Shown: positions 22,966 to 35,876 of the stretch, one piece after another | Layout: each line of letters begins with the position of its first letter | How positions within the stretch are numbered: the stretch's first letter is position 1 | Assembly: GCA_002633005.1 (NCBI GenBank) | Contig: NMRA01000012.1 | Span: forward strand, 1,659,911-1,704,709 | Direction of reading: 5' to 3' | Length of the DNA stretch: 44,799 nucleotides | Origin: Phoronis australis | Lineage: Eukaryota > Animalia > Phoronida | Made by a program: the position numbers and the translations under genes | The notes under the pieces: generated by a model | Databases searched by the model: none | What the model was told of the DNA's origin: nothing | What the model saw: only the letters and a program-made list of their open reading frames with translations

Positions 22966-25900
22966 CAGGTATACTCTCTCAGCAACGGTTAGCACTGTCG
23001 CTATTCTCGTTTGATGTGCGACTTTGGAGTTGCGTCCGCATGTACATGCTCCCACACTTGAATTGTTGGATGGCATGTTACATTGACAGCAACCCGGCGA
23101 CATCTGTGAATGACAGGTGACTCATAGATACGCACGTGCTCAGCCCCAGAAAGTATAGTTGGGCTGGAGAATTTGTTTGCCGTCTTGCCATAAAAAGAGA
23201 TGCATTTCCAAGTCACGGTCTGTGACATTGCGCGCAAACCGTAGCGGGATCCAGTGGCAGTGCCGCAGGTGAGATCATTTTCACGCAAGACGTCGCTCTA
23301 CGAAGTGTTGGCTTACGTAGTAAATGGCAGTGAGATGATATTGCGGTTGGGGATAATGTTATAGGCTAATCAGGGCAGCTTCCATGAAAAATAAATGTTT
23401 TTTCATCACAAATTCGGTAAGTTGGTCACTATTGAATGAAACATCGCTGTGACTTTTTTAATTTATCACATATTTATGCCGTGGTACGATTTTTTGCCGG
23501 CTCATCCAAAAGTTTGCAAAAGTAACCGAAAGCACCAGCCAATGAAACGCGTCAAAGATCGGTTCTGAATTATCCAAAGACGTTATCCCATGTTCACGCA
23601 ACACGTTTACAACTCAATGAAGAGGGTCGACTGTTCAGCTTGATTTGGAAACAACCAAATAACCGTCGGATTTGCACAAGTGCCGGGTATCTGCTTGCCG
23701 CCAAAAGCTAGCTTAGGCTCACGTTCTTGGGAATTTTCAGGTTGCATGTTGCGACTTGATACGAATTTGAAATGACCAGTCTTGGCGCCCACTCCATCAG
23801 GCATTTCCAAATTTCAGGTCGCGAATGTCTAGCGCCGAGTTGATTACAACGGACATCGAACTAGCGCGTACTCGCTGAGTGGGCTTTGCTGGCTAGAGCT
23901 AATCACTAACTTACCGCGGCTACCGATTACCCGAATAATTGGCGGTTTGTTTACTAGTTATTCTTACCGACAACGATACGTGTACGAACTATGATTGACG
24001 ACTGGCTCATGTCCGCTTACTTCCGATTCTCATCTTCATTACGTAGCGTGTTTCACGCAATGGCAACGGAAGTCAGCCATGCCGGGCGTTCGAGATAAGA
24101 CAGCCGCACTAAACCTTACGTTGACAATTTATTGAGTTGCGGAGTCTAGAACATAAACATTCCCAGCCATAAAAAACACCTGCATTAGTTTTTCAAATAT
24201 TTATTTCGTCAAACAACTCAACTTAGAACTTTACAACTAATACGCAGATAGTTCTACTCATGTCAGGGGCGCTGTAGCCATAAATTTAATCGTTATGATG
24301 TAACCTCTGCAACACATGAAGGTTGCACGCGCGCACTTCGCCACGTGAGAATAGTTGCAATCAAACTGGAGCACTATATAGTCTTTTGTCGTCTGCACAC
24401 TCTAGTCACCGGAATCGGCTTTAACAAGACTAGAGGACGGCACTGTACTATTACTCCGCACTTTTGTAAATTTATCCGTGTAGTACTAATCTGAGGGTAA
24501 CAGAACCTTGTTGGGAAAATCCGCTGTTATGATGACAATTTTACCGCCATTTGGCGACACACTGGAAAATCTTATCGCTATTTCCACATTTTGCCGCCAA
24601 AAATGGCTATCTGAAAAACGACTTTTCGAGCCCTATGCTAGCGTAGTAAAGCAAATAACGGATTCCGATCGCCTGAATAGATTTGGCGCTTATTGATCTG
24701 TGTTCTTTTATGAGAATGAAAATTTCCATTTTACCGATCCAAAAAGCTTGTACGAATTATTTTTTCTGACGTAACTATGTCTACGAACTATTTTTCCCTC
24801 GGACACCTTCTGTACGAACAATTGGAGACAAACGGCATGTTTCAAGGGTTCTGTACGAATTATAAGCGTGTACGAATTTGTATAGAAAACACCGTACCAC
24901 GTGTGTATACTCATACAGTTAGTGTATGAGAGATGTGCGCCAAAAATAAATGAAAGCAACAGATGACCTTACTGTCATTTGCCAGAGAGGGGACTGAAGA
25001 AATATGCCGAGTTCTTTGTGCATTCCGGCGTCTTTTTTGTTGAACAGAATGGAATAAAGTTTATTTTATATCGGGTACAGGGTTACAACAAACATCAGCC
25101 GAGGGCGCTAGTTTCCGATAAAAATACAAAAAATGAACTAAGATATGTACAAAGACTACGTAAGAGAGACATTTACAAAAATGACGTAGTGGTTACAAGA
25201 GTTACTCAACCTCTACCTAGAAATAAAGTTTTTAAGACATGACTTTACGAAATCACAATTGCACTCGCACAAATTCTCGAAATGCTTCCTGGGTAGTTTT
25301 CCATGAATGCTCAATGTCTCTTTCAGGGTATTTGGAAGGGCGTTCCATATTTTGAGTCCTTGGCATTTCAAGCTGTACTTTTTGTATGAAATGAGGAATT
25401 GAAAGAGAGTTTACCAGCGAAAACTGTACAAGTGAGGCTTTATCTGTAAAGAACATCCCCAAACTGCAAGGTCCAATTAAATTGATATGCTTAAGAAGCA
25501 ACAGACATAAATTACGCTGACGTATTGAGATTTGTGGTAAACAGTTTGCTCTGGCTAGGAGATTGGAATAGGAAGATACTGGGTCCATGAAAGCGTAGAG
25601 TGGACCTGCTGAATTTTCTCCACTTTCCTTTCTCATCTTTGGCCTACATAGATGACAGGCAAGTAAGCAATAGTTAAGATATGACTTGATGAAAGCATTG
25701 AAAATTTCAAGCTTACAACGTGCGCAGGGGAAATATGCGTTGACTTGTTTGGATGCCCGACCTCAGTACAAAGGGCCCGAGGCGTGTTCTTGAAGGCGTG
25801 AGTTTTTCGTCAATCAACACTCCAAGAGGTTTCACAGACAGTAATCATTTTAGTATCCATGCAAAAACCGTTCAGCTTTACATTAAACACATTTAGAAAA

Positions 25901-26124
25901 AATGATGCCGTGAAATTTGTCATAGATTTGCTGTCATCATGATGAAACCATTGAAAATTTCAAGCTTACAACGTGTGTCAAGGAGTTCTAGCAGGGGAAA
26001 TAAGCGTGGACTTGTTTGGATGCCTGACCTCAGAACAAAGGGCCCGAGGCGTGTTCTTGAAGGCGAGAGTTCTTCGTCAATCAACCCTCCAAGAAGTTTC
26101 ACTGACAGTAATCATTTTAGTATC

Positions 26125-28807
26125 CAGCCCCGTAGCCAGGGGGGGGGGGGTTCGAGGGGTTCGAATGAACCCCCACCCTCCGTGGTAAAGGTCCAGCCCC
26201 AGCCTGTCCGTTAAGATAGGGTGCAGATGGACAACAGCAAAATTGTTGCTGCTACTAACAGTAAACTACAATGATAACTAAGGTAGTAATAACTTTGAAT
26301 TTGCTTCCGTTTCAAAGCGCTTCACGTAATCATCGGGCCGTGCCCGGCCAACTTTAAGTGGTATTTGCGTAGATGACAGGATCGTGCAGACGATTAGCGG
26401 AGGCTTTATTTTACTCATCGGCATTGAACATACGTGGTGGTTACACCGTAGGGTAAGAAGCGAGCCTAGAAGTTAAATGTCTATACCTAGCTAAGCTATA
26501 CAGTAGCGAGCTAGCTCCCAAAAAGTCTCAGTGCGGTGTGAATGTCTTAAAATCGACCAAGAAACAAAACAGCAGAAAACAGGGCCCGGTCTCTAATCTT
26601 TGTACTCGAAACGAACTCGAAACTATTTTTGGCAATTTCTCTGCTCCTTTTGTGCGAACTTAAGATAATTGGTTATCAGACTGTGCTCGAATACATTATA
26701 GTTTATGCATAGGAGTTTCTAGTTCAAGTTTGCCCTTGAAGACCCTTATATTCGTGCTACAAACTCGAGTAAAAACTCGAAATTTCGAGTTCAAACTCGA
26801 ACTTATTGCTTTAATATTGGGTTTACAAACTGTGAACTAAGGGCAATAAATTATCTACGTAAGTTATTGTGCACTCGAGCATAGAATAATGGACACTTAT
26901 CTTGAGTTCGCCCAAAAGTAGAGTAGAAAATGCCAAACCTAATTTCGAGTTCCATTTCGAGTAAAAAGATTGGAGACCGGGCCCAGGTTCGTTATCTGAT
27001 ATTGCTTGCTAACATAGTACGGTAGGGGGCAGGCGTTTTCAAATTTGAAATCGAAAGTGCTCGTCAAATACAGGTATGTTTTTCATCCAGTGTCCAATTC
27101 GATTGTGGATTGGTGGATTGACATGCATGCGTGTACATGTGTGTGCGTTCCGGAATAGTGGGCTGTTCCCATTTCCAGCGATGTAAGCAACTAGCTGCTT
27201 TTAACAAAAATACTTCATGTATCAGATGAAAAATTACGTCAAGCCATTCTCTGACTAAATATTTCCATTGGAGTATGTGATGAGGTGTAATCACTCAGTT
27301 AAAAAAGCCCGATTTGAAAGTTTGGCAGTTGGTAGGCCTAACGCCATGTGGAGAACTTCTCGCTTAAACTGGCCACCACTCAGATTTACTTAGCCTCAGA
27401 CAACTTTTATGATGCCGATTCAGCTTGCCCTTTGTATTGACGTAGATCTGAGCTAATGAAGTCGAAAGGTAATAGTTAGCACTACTGTCTCAAAAATGAT
27501 GGTTGTTATTACACCCAAATTGGTTTTCTTTGGCATTTGCACAAAGTTACAGCCAGCAACTGTAGAGAGCAGTTTTAACTTGGTACATTTTAAATATTAT
27601 AAAATGACTACAAAAGTTAATTTGTGTTTATCTTGACCATGGGCAACTTCCCAAAGGAACGATGGTTTTAAATATGTTTCATACCGCTTTTTGTTATTTC
27701 ATTTTAATACTCATGTTTTTTTTCTTATCAGGAACGGCTTGATATCTTTTTATTTTATTTTTAAACTTGAAGTACCAAAAACAGTAGTAGATTTGATCGC
27801 CAGCGAAACCTATTAGTTTAGCTTATTGTGAACCCATCCCTGAACTTTCCAGATTACAGCTACATGTACATTAAATATTTCACTGCGAACAAAACTACAC
27901 GTGTCATTAGTTCAAGTTTAATCTTTATTAGAATTCAAATCATAAAAGTTTTTACAAAAGTGCAAATGGTGATTGCCACACTGAAGATTTGGAATCTCTG
28001 GACGATTTCGGTTGCACTAACTACATAACTATTCAAGCTTTTTGTCATTCATAAAAATATACAGTGGACAGAAGTTAAATACAACTGTTTCCTAGTCAAA
28101 ATGTGGTTAAACGAGATTGAAAGAATATTAAAAGAATAATCCATGTGATATATTGTTAACTCTGATCAGCGTTTATAAATCCCCCAATTGCATCGATGCG
28201 CTTGGTCGTTTATCTTCAATCGTATCGTATTGTAGTTTTTAGCTTTTAAGTACATCAATGTTTGAAAATCCAAAACATTACTTGGTTGTTTTTCCAGCTG
28301 AATACCGCCGTGGTATTCGTTTTTAACAAAAAATACTTATTAATGCATTTTGAAAATTCCCCATTATGTACAGGCAGTGATGATTACGACAGTTTATGGT
28401 CGGGCATTAAAGGTCTTGCTCACGCAGGACCATGCGGTCAACACGACCGTATCCGACACAGGCGCCGCACTCTCTTTGGTCCTGGTGAAAGCCGCTGAGA
28501 AGGAAGGGCCGGGTGATTGTAAGCGGTATGGCGAGAACGTTAGTCTATATTTATGAATCACATTACGTCCGAATTTTTTTGCTGCTGTTATCGAGCAACC
28601 GTCACAACATCCTCATTTGTGGTATAGCAAATTCCGTCTTGTCTCAGGAACATAGAGCTGAGAGCCATCGTTGCCGTGGATACAGATTTCCCTTCATAAT
28701 TAACCTGCGTCAAGCGCCTTACCAAGAGCTCGAGTGTTGACGTTTGCAAAAGGTCCACCTTTCTAGAAATTCGAACCGCTCCCAGCCTAATGCTGGCTAC
28801 GGGCCTG
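26125..28807 (+). mobile_element. 2.7-kb hAT5-like DNA transposon with 5-bp TSD GTATC
   Basis: TIRs CAGCCCCGTAGCCAG / CTGGCTACGGGCCTG (14/15), with GTATC at 26120-24 and 28808-12. The empty site is visible in the duplicate at about 25850. A frameshifted hAT dimerisation-like remnant (PNFF..ATVTTSS..NSVL..LRAI) lies at about 28565-28670. Confidence 0.88.
26583..26983. mobile_element. PIF/Harbinger-type MITE nested in the hAT5-like element
   Basis: TIRs GGCCCGGTCTCTAATCTTT / AAAGATTGGAGACCGGGCC, 3-bp TSD CAG, near-foldback interior with ACTCGAAA motifs. Confidence 0.88.
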
Positions 28808-31459
28808 GTATCCATGCAAAAACCGTTCAGCTTTACATTAAACATTTTTAGAAAAAATGATGCCCTGAAATTTGTCAGAGATTTGCTGCCATGGGGCGTG
28901 GACCATTTGATAGCCTCTAACGCAGAGTTGTTTAGAAAAGCACTTAGATACAGTTTCGTTAAAATATGTGCTGAGTTGGTCATAAATTAACTTTTCAAAA
29001 AATTGATTTATGGAGGAGTGGATGCTAATTGGCTTGACGCACATGGGATCATGGGGCAGATTTCATTACTTTTCTTCAGAGCCGTGGAGGGTAGCTGGAT
29101 TAACAATAGCCTTGTTGTAGATAGGAATCAGTGTTACAGACAGTTCTCTAGCAACAGTTTTCGGAAACATGTGAGGAATTCTATCAGAGCCTGTCTCTTT
29201 ACTGGTATTTGTTGACTTCAATTTCTTAAAGACCTCACTTTCATCGAGCTTACTGAAACCAATGCTGAAACAGAACGCTGTCTGTCTATCGACTGCTTGC
29301 AACACGACTAGGGTAATACTTAACCTCGGCGTGGTAAGACCGTCAGCTTCACGAGCAGAGAATAAGACGATTCACTCGGGATTCGGGAAAATCTGTGAGC
29401 CCAAGTATGAATAAGAGCACCTTTTTAAGTGGGTATATAACAAAGACTGTATACTTGTAATATCTTTGCATAAAAGACGATATAGCTGCATTTTTAGAAA
29501 CTATGACCCCACACTACGTGTCCATGGTTAGGACGACACACACTACCGGTATTCAGCCCGGCCAACCCTCGATCGAGAACGCCCGGAAGGCGATCGAGAA
29601 CGAAATTTGGCGCGAGAAGCGAAGCCAGGCAAGGTGAGTAAATTTGACGAATTTTGGTTGTTTTTACTACCAATGTGAAAACAGAGACACGAGTTCATGG
29701 CGTAACACATTGAAGAAGGGCTAGTGTCTCTTCCAATTATATGAGAAAAGTTACGTTGACCGAGGCATCGCATGAGCCGAAGGTGATTTGTAGGTCATTT
29801 TGGCAAATTACCATTACTTTTGACACTAAATCATTAAATTGACCATGGGTTTATGAAGAAATGACGTGTGAAAATATAACTCAGCGCTTGTTATTTTTTT
29901 GTAGTTTTGTCAGGATAGCTGATTTTTCGACGCTTTTCTGTTGAAAGATGTGATCGAGAAAGCAACTATAAGCGATCGGGAATGCATCGTGGTGTGTCGA
30001 ACAGCAATGAACTTTTTACTTATAAAACGTGCAAAAGGTCACAAAATAAGTGTGGTGCAATGAATTAATCACATTTTGCGTCATTACTGTGTTACTTTCA
30101 TATCAAAACTGAACAACAGCATAGCATATTTCTATTAAATTGCCATGAGCGCTACATGTACGTCAAGCATAATTTTAGTTTCACAAACGAATTTATATTC
30201 ATTTCAGGAAACAAGTTCACTGTTGAGGCGAGTAGTTTAGATGAAACCACTGAGAACAAGGGGATCTAAACTGAAGACTCATCCAGGAGTCACCCGTGTC
30301 AGCCAGGGGTAAACAAATTGTTGCAGCAGAAGAAAACGAGTGTAGAACCTTCTTGTAAAATTGTGACAGCAAAAGGAAAAAAACAAATAGCCAGTGAAGT
30401 CAAAGAATGATGATGAGCTTGCCCATGGGGGGAGAGAGAGTGCGGCAACACTTAACGAGATGGTTCAAAGATTCCCAGTCACAAACGTCTGGAATCTAAA
30501 ACTTGGGCGGAAGTTGTGTAAACTGGTGTGCTGATAAAACGGGTGGGATTTTTGTTGTAGTGTCACTGTGTTTTACTGCCATGTTGTCATAGTAAGTCGA
30601 TTTCTTAGTTCCTGAACAAGGCTATATATAACATACACAGACTCCTTTGTGATATGCAGCAGTTGTACTTTTTTGAAGGCGTGGACGTTAACACTCGTCG
30701 TGTGGCTACACTTCAACTGAAAAATTCAAACGCAATCAGTTATGTTTGTTACGCTGAATCTCACTTAAAAATCATGAAATAACGATGAAATGTAATTAAT
30801 AGCCAACCCATCAACTCATTCAAGCTCCGTATTATTCTAAAATTATTAAAATAATACCGTAACTTGAACTACTTATTCAGGAAAATGCAGAGAAAAAAAT
30901 GTGCGTACACGATCGCTTTTTTGCGTTCACGATCGCCATAGAGAATTAACGACTTCGTTTCCGATCGCCGTCTAACACAAGGACCTGCTTGTATTGGTAA
31001 ATATCTCAAATTGTTTCACAAATCATAACTAAGAAAGGTGTTACCAAGGACCATTAAACTATAAACGTCGACACGTCTCTTCTTAAGAATTCTGCAATTG
31101 CTAATAACCATGAAGAAGAAATTGTCGATTTTACGAGGCGCAAGGCATTTTACCGAGAGCCATTGCTCTCTGAGCTCTTTATTTTAAAAAAATAACCAAA
31201 AGCCAAGTCGCAGATCCACAACAAAGGTTACACTCTGACGCTTTTCTGTGTGTTAGCATTCGTACCAAAGTGGCCTCTATTTAAGCAGACAATGAAGGAG
31301 AATGCCACCCAATTTATTAAGTCTTTTTTACAGTCTTAATCGGTCTATTTCCACATTGCTTCTTATACGGTCGACCTCACCTTGCCGAGAGGTGTTGCGT
31401 TAACCTGTGAGGAAGATGAGAAACGATGCAGCGACGTCAGTGGTTCGTCTGAAGAGTGA

Positions 31460-32700
31460 ATGCCGCTCATTGCGGTGCATCGTTCCCGCTTGCCCGAACT
31501 ATGAAGAAAAAAGCGGGAATATCGGTTTTTCGACTTCCTCGAGAGCTCGAAATGCTTAGGAAGTGGCTCGCGGTATAGGCAATGACCATCGCCTCTGTTG
31601 GCCCGAAGCAGAGGCGATGCAGAGGCTATAGGCGCTCTGTACGCCGGAAGCTTTTCGGCTAATTATGCCTCGCACCGACTAAACCATCAAAGTCACGTTG
31701 TTATAAATACCTTTTGCGCATAGAGGAACACCTTAGGAGGTTGTCGATGTGTTTAAGTCCTTCGAACTCGAACACTATACTCCCGTTATGAAACTTTTTT
31801 TTCGATCAGTCCCTATTTCAGTTCCCAAAATCGTGAAATCAAAATTTTCATTTTTTTTTTTTAACCAGGCCGAAGGTCAGAAGTTGCGATCCTACCGGCG
31901 AACTTTGAAAGCTGAAGTTCCCGCCCTTTGCGTACGTGCTGCCGGGAACCAGCCGTGCCTTTGACGTGTTGTTAAACATTAAAACGTCAAACATGTGCAC
32001 AAAGACTATTAAATGTCATATCAACAGCATTTATTTTTATCAAATACAAACAATAATTTATTGAAATACAAACAGTTTCAAGTAACGCCAATTAAAGACA
32101 AGTATAAGTGGTGGCATTTTGGAAACGAATATTTGACTGACAAGACCGCAATGGCTCACCTTTGGCCTATTTAAAAATTGAGGTGATAAAGTCACATCAC
32201 CTAGCGAGCGCGGTAAAAATTGGAGCGTGTGCAGTGCAAAAATTTTGATTTCACGATTTTGGGAACTGAAATAGGGACTGATCGAAGAAAAAGTTTCATA
32301 ACGGGAGTATTTGTTCGAGTTGGAAGGACTTAAACACATCGACAACCTCCTAAGGTGTTCCTCTATGCGCAAAAGGTATTTATAACAACGTGACTTTGAT
32401 GGTTTAGTCGGTGCGAGGCATAATTCGCCGAAAAGCTTCCGGCGTACAGAGCGCCTATAGCCTCTGCTTCGGGCCAACAGAGGCGATGGTCATTGCCTAC
32501 TCGCGGTAGTGAAGAATGAAAGGTACGCTGTTCATAGCAAGTATGAGGCCGTGAAACATCTCTTTGTTTGTTGCCGACATTTCGTCTCCAGTGGACAGTG
32601 ATTTCTCTGACGAATTCCAGCTTACCAAAGAACTATCTATATTTTCCGTTGCTTGTGCATCTTCACGGCGCCTCTTGATCAGTGTATTCCGGTTCGAACT
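31460..32700 (+). pseudogene. THAP-domain pseudogene split by the 31576-32499 insertion
   Basis: After removing the insertion and correcting one frameshift: RCIVPACPNYEEK/AGISVFRLPRELEMLRKWLAVVKNERYAVHSKYEAVKHLFVCCRHF. This is the C2CH THAP pattern with conserved P, W and HF. Confidence 0.8.
31576..32499. mobile_element. Non-autonomous long-TIR transposon with 9-bp TSD (AcademH- or Mutator-like)
   Basis: About 265-bp highly similar TIRs with termini TAGGCAATG / CATTGCCTA. Perfect TSD CTCGCGGTA at 31567-75 and 32500-08. Confidence 0.9.
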
Positions 32701-34317
32701 GATTGCCTGTGAAACCTAACGATCCGACCCGTGAAGTCTTCGTCGGATGAGCTCACTTGTCTATGTCGGGATTGGCACCAGGCGAGTTGCTACTGTATGT
32801 AGACGTGTGTTATTCTGCATTCTGTTTCAATGAATTATTCTCACCCTAACCAATGCTCAGGAAACTGAAACCAAGTCTATCTCATTAGATACAATTTGTA
32901 ATGTCTTTGCAGTATTCGTGAGTGGCAAATGTTGAGAAGCCAGCAATGAATAAACCTCTACGTTGACCGGCTTTTGATGCTGGCAATAAAGGTAATTGAC
33001 CGGGCACCGAGACCGTGTGAGCGCATGCTAATTCAGTGTTTGCTGACAGAAAGCTGTTGTAAAACAATTGCACGAGTTTATATGCTACGGGAATCTTTAT
33101 TTAGAAATACAAGTACATTATTCAAATTATTGTTACCGTGCTACCTTTGCCCTAACGGTCTGTGGAAGGGGAACCCGACTTTGCGGCCCCCGACAACTAA
33201 GTAGATTCTCAGTCTCGTCGCTAATTCACATAAATAATTAAGTGCCTTTCTTTGGCTAACTATTATAGTCTTTTCGTGACTGAAGGTTCACTCTCCAACT
33301 CAAGCTGATTTATAATCTTGCCAGTCCCGGCGGCCGCGACGGGCCCTGATCGGGTTCCGAGCCACTGGCCGGGATAACAAGCGTTTTGTGTATTTAGAAC
33401 TCAAAACATCACAGTCTAAACAGAATACAGATCTAAGTTCTCCAGTCTGTGTTCCACTGAAGAATACTTCGCGCTCCGAAGAGATCCCAAACTCGTGCTA
33501 CGCCACCTTGGTAAATTGGCCTGCCGAACTAATTTGTGGGCTACTGTGTGTCCAGATACCAATAAATCCGTACTGGTTATAGCGAAATAAAAGAACATGT
33601 TTTTAAAAGAACGCGGTGTATTTTTAAGGGTTTTACATCGAAGTGTGGTTATTTTTTGATGTTAAACGATGAATTCAAGCGATAAGCGGACAGTAGTAAC
33701 CCGTGTTGTGAACTGCTGAACAGACTAAGTGTGAAACCAAATGACGTTATTGGATAATTTCAACATCTCCGTCTGCCGTCAGCGGTGTCAGGTAACGCAA
33801 CCGAACGTGCCGTTATCGTACAACTACTCGTCCATCTAAATTGATACAAAATAGGTTGTTTTTTGGGTGGCATTCTCCTTTAAACTCACCAGGTACGTCA
33901 CTGTCGTCTTCCATTTTTGGTGCAAGGTCTCGTTCTCGATCGCCTTCCGGGCGTTCTCGATCGTGGGTTGGGCCGGGGTGGGTATTGGTCAGTAGTCGAC
34001 ATGTACGCTGTACGGGTCACACCAGTACTGAAGATCGACTCAGTAGGCCTAATGGAGTCTGTCCCTCTGCCGAGTGCCAACTGCTCTCCGCGCAGCTCTG
34101 AGTGATGGTCGCCACGAAGATTTCACCCACCCGCCTCAATTGAGGTCACATATTCTCTAATTCCTCGGCCGCCCCATTTCTCAGTCTTCGTTTGTTTGCG
34201 GTGGGTACGCGCAGCTGTCCTCCGTCCCACTTCACGTACGACATAGCCTACGGACTCATGGCACCCGCCGACCGGTCCGACCTCAGGGGTGTTGCCTCAA
34301 CTGCATGATTTCCAGAA

Positions 34318-34584
34318 CATTCGCGCACTCAGAGGGGCTCAGTCGGGGCTCGAACGAGCCCCTCCATTTGGCGAAGTGGCGGGACAAAAATGTCTGCCCC
34401 AGAGAAACAAAAAGTCCGAGAAAACGAGACAAAAAGTCCACTAAAAGGCCCAACGCACAATTCACAGCCCTAGACGTGGTATCCCGTTTTTTTCAGTCCT
34501 CGGCTTTTTTGTCAGTAAAAGGTCCACATCGTCGGAAATTCAAGCCCCCCCTCCCCCCAATATTAAAAGCTGGGTGCGTGCATG
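34318..34584 (+). mobile_element. MITE family A copy 2 (hAT5-like)
   Basis: TIRs CATTCGCGCACTCAG / CTGGGTGCGTGCATG, perfect 5-bp TSD CAGAA, colinear with 14232-14492. Confidence 0.85.
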
Positions 34585-35298
34585 CAGAAATTCCAGAGGT
34601 CTACTCCTGGTGGTTTCTATATGTTCTTGCTGGTAGCGGATATAGATTACTATCGCGGTAAGGAAATTTATGAGACTGGTTTTTTAAGAGTAAAGGGCTT
34701 AAATCGATTTTCGTTTTATCTATCTAAACAGGGTTTTAATTATCTCTGTAATTTTAAACACCCGGAGACTTTTCAGAAAAGCTGATTTTTTTACCTCTGA
34801 GCATTTCCGTGATGAAATCGTTAAGCAACCTTTTTTGAGTCACATGTTTTATTTCAAGCACTAAAAACACGACACCTAATAGTTAGGAGAATAATATATA
34901 ACTCCAATATTGAGGATAACTTCAAAGACACGCTAGGAAAAGGAAACTGGTGCTAATGGTTTTCCATTGTTTGTGCTGCCACAGAGTGGGCCAAAGGCAC
35001 GGAGATCATAATGTGCGAAACAGACTTTGAACAAAGCGTTGGTACTGTTACGGAATTGTGTTCAACTTATTAAACGTAGAATTATACGGTACATGAATTT
35101 CTTATGAATAGTCGATTTTGTTTCACGTCTAAGACCAACTACCAAAGGTAAAATCTCGTCAATTTCGCCGATGCGGGCAAGACTGCCCTTCTCATTTTCA
35201 GAAGCCTCTAACGCTTTTGCCAATGTCCACATTTTTTCACAACATTGTACATTTTTTTAATAATGTACGCAAAAAATAAATCTCAGACCTGCTGCTGT

Positions 35299-35453
35299 TT
35301 GAAACATACAGTTGTGATGCAGTCCTTTCGGCTGTAGGCCAATGTTATTGAAACGTACGGTTGTGATGCAGTGATTTCGGCTGTAGGCCAATGTGATTGA
35401 AACGTACACAGCTGTGATGCAGTCATTTCGGCTGTAGGCCAATGTTATTGAAA
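35299..35453. repeat. About 49-51-bp tandem repeat, 3 units
   Basis: TTGAAACGTAC..TGTGATGCAGT.ATTTCGGCTGTAGGCCAATGT(T/G)A occurs three times. Confidence 0.9.
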
Positions 35454-35876
35454 AGAGCGATAGTGGCAGACTGTCGTAAACGGATACGGTAATTCTCCAT
35501 TTGTTTCGCACAAAAAGGTATTCAAGTTTTCCATTTCCCTCCGGGCTCTTTGTAACTGCAACAACGACGTCTTGTGATGTCGGCGTTTTGTAATGTATTT
35601 CGTTGACATGAACTTCTTGTGTCTTTTTCTCATGTAGATTTTCGCTGTCGATCATTACTCAGTGACACTACGTTGTCATACAATGAAAATATTGCTTACA
35701 ACCGATTTGAAAGTTTTGCAAAGTACTGCTACTGGGCAGACATTTCATTTCACCGTTCACATGCAAACGTCACCTGATGGCTGATTGAACCAGGTGTTCG
35801 ACAGCAATGTTGTTTGAAATATAGCCATGTATCGGTTTCATCGGAAAAGAAATTCGAACTCCACTATTTGAAGATA

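Larger units (their letters stand above)
20447..24894. mobile_element. TA-flanked inverted termini of a pogo/Tc1-like family (one old element or two fragments)
   Basis: ta|CGGTGTTTTCTCTAATAGTTCGTACAC at 20447 and GTGTACGAATTTGTATAGAAAACACCG|ta ending at 24894. The GTACGAA(C/T)TAT motif recurs at about 20543, 23982 and 24750-24880. Confidence 0.5.
25253..29320 (-). mobile_element. Decayed CR1/L2-clade LINE ORF2 (RT), internally deleted, partly duplicated, interrupted by a DNA transposon
   Basis: Motifs EVFKKLKSTNTSKETGSDRIP (about 29200), KPISIHSSINQFFEKLIYDQL (about 29000), SDKFQGIIF, KLLGGLIDEEL (about 26090), KLEIFNGFI, and SSYSNLLARAN...KHINLIGP (about 25500). The catalytic RT core is absent and there are stops and frameshifts. 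Confidence 0.8.
29541..33998. mobile_element. About 4.5-kb TIR element with CACTA-like left end, decayed
   Basis: About 60-bp TIRs sharing CGATCGAGAACGCCCGGAAGGCGATCGAGAACGA in inverted orientation. Left end CACTAC, right end GTAGTCG, ACA on both flanks. The exact termini are ambiguous. Confidence 0.7.

Noticed and set aside
23560-23830. pogo/CENP-B HTH transposase remnant on the minus strand
   Set aside because: Only scattered residues across several frames; too weak to call without a profile search.
29541-33998. ProtoRAG/RAG-like transposon
   Set aside because: The CAC start and convergent layout are suggestive, but no RAG1 core, RAG2 kelch or heptamer/nonamer-like TIR is visible.
35299-35453. 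Repeat-spacer-like pattern as CRISPR
   Set aside because: The apparent spacers are themselves near-identical, so this is an ordinary minisatellite.
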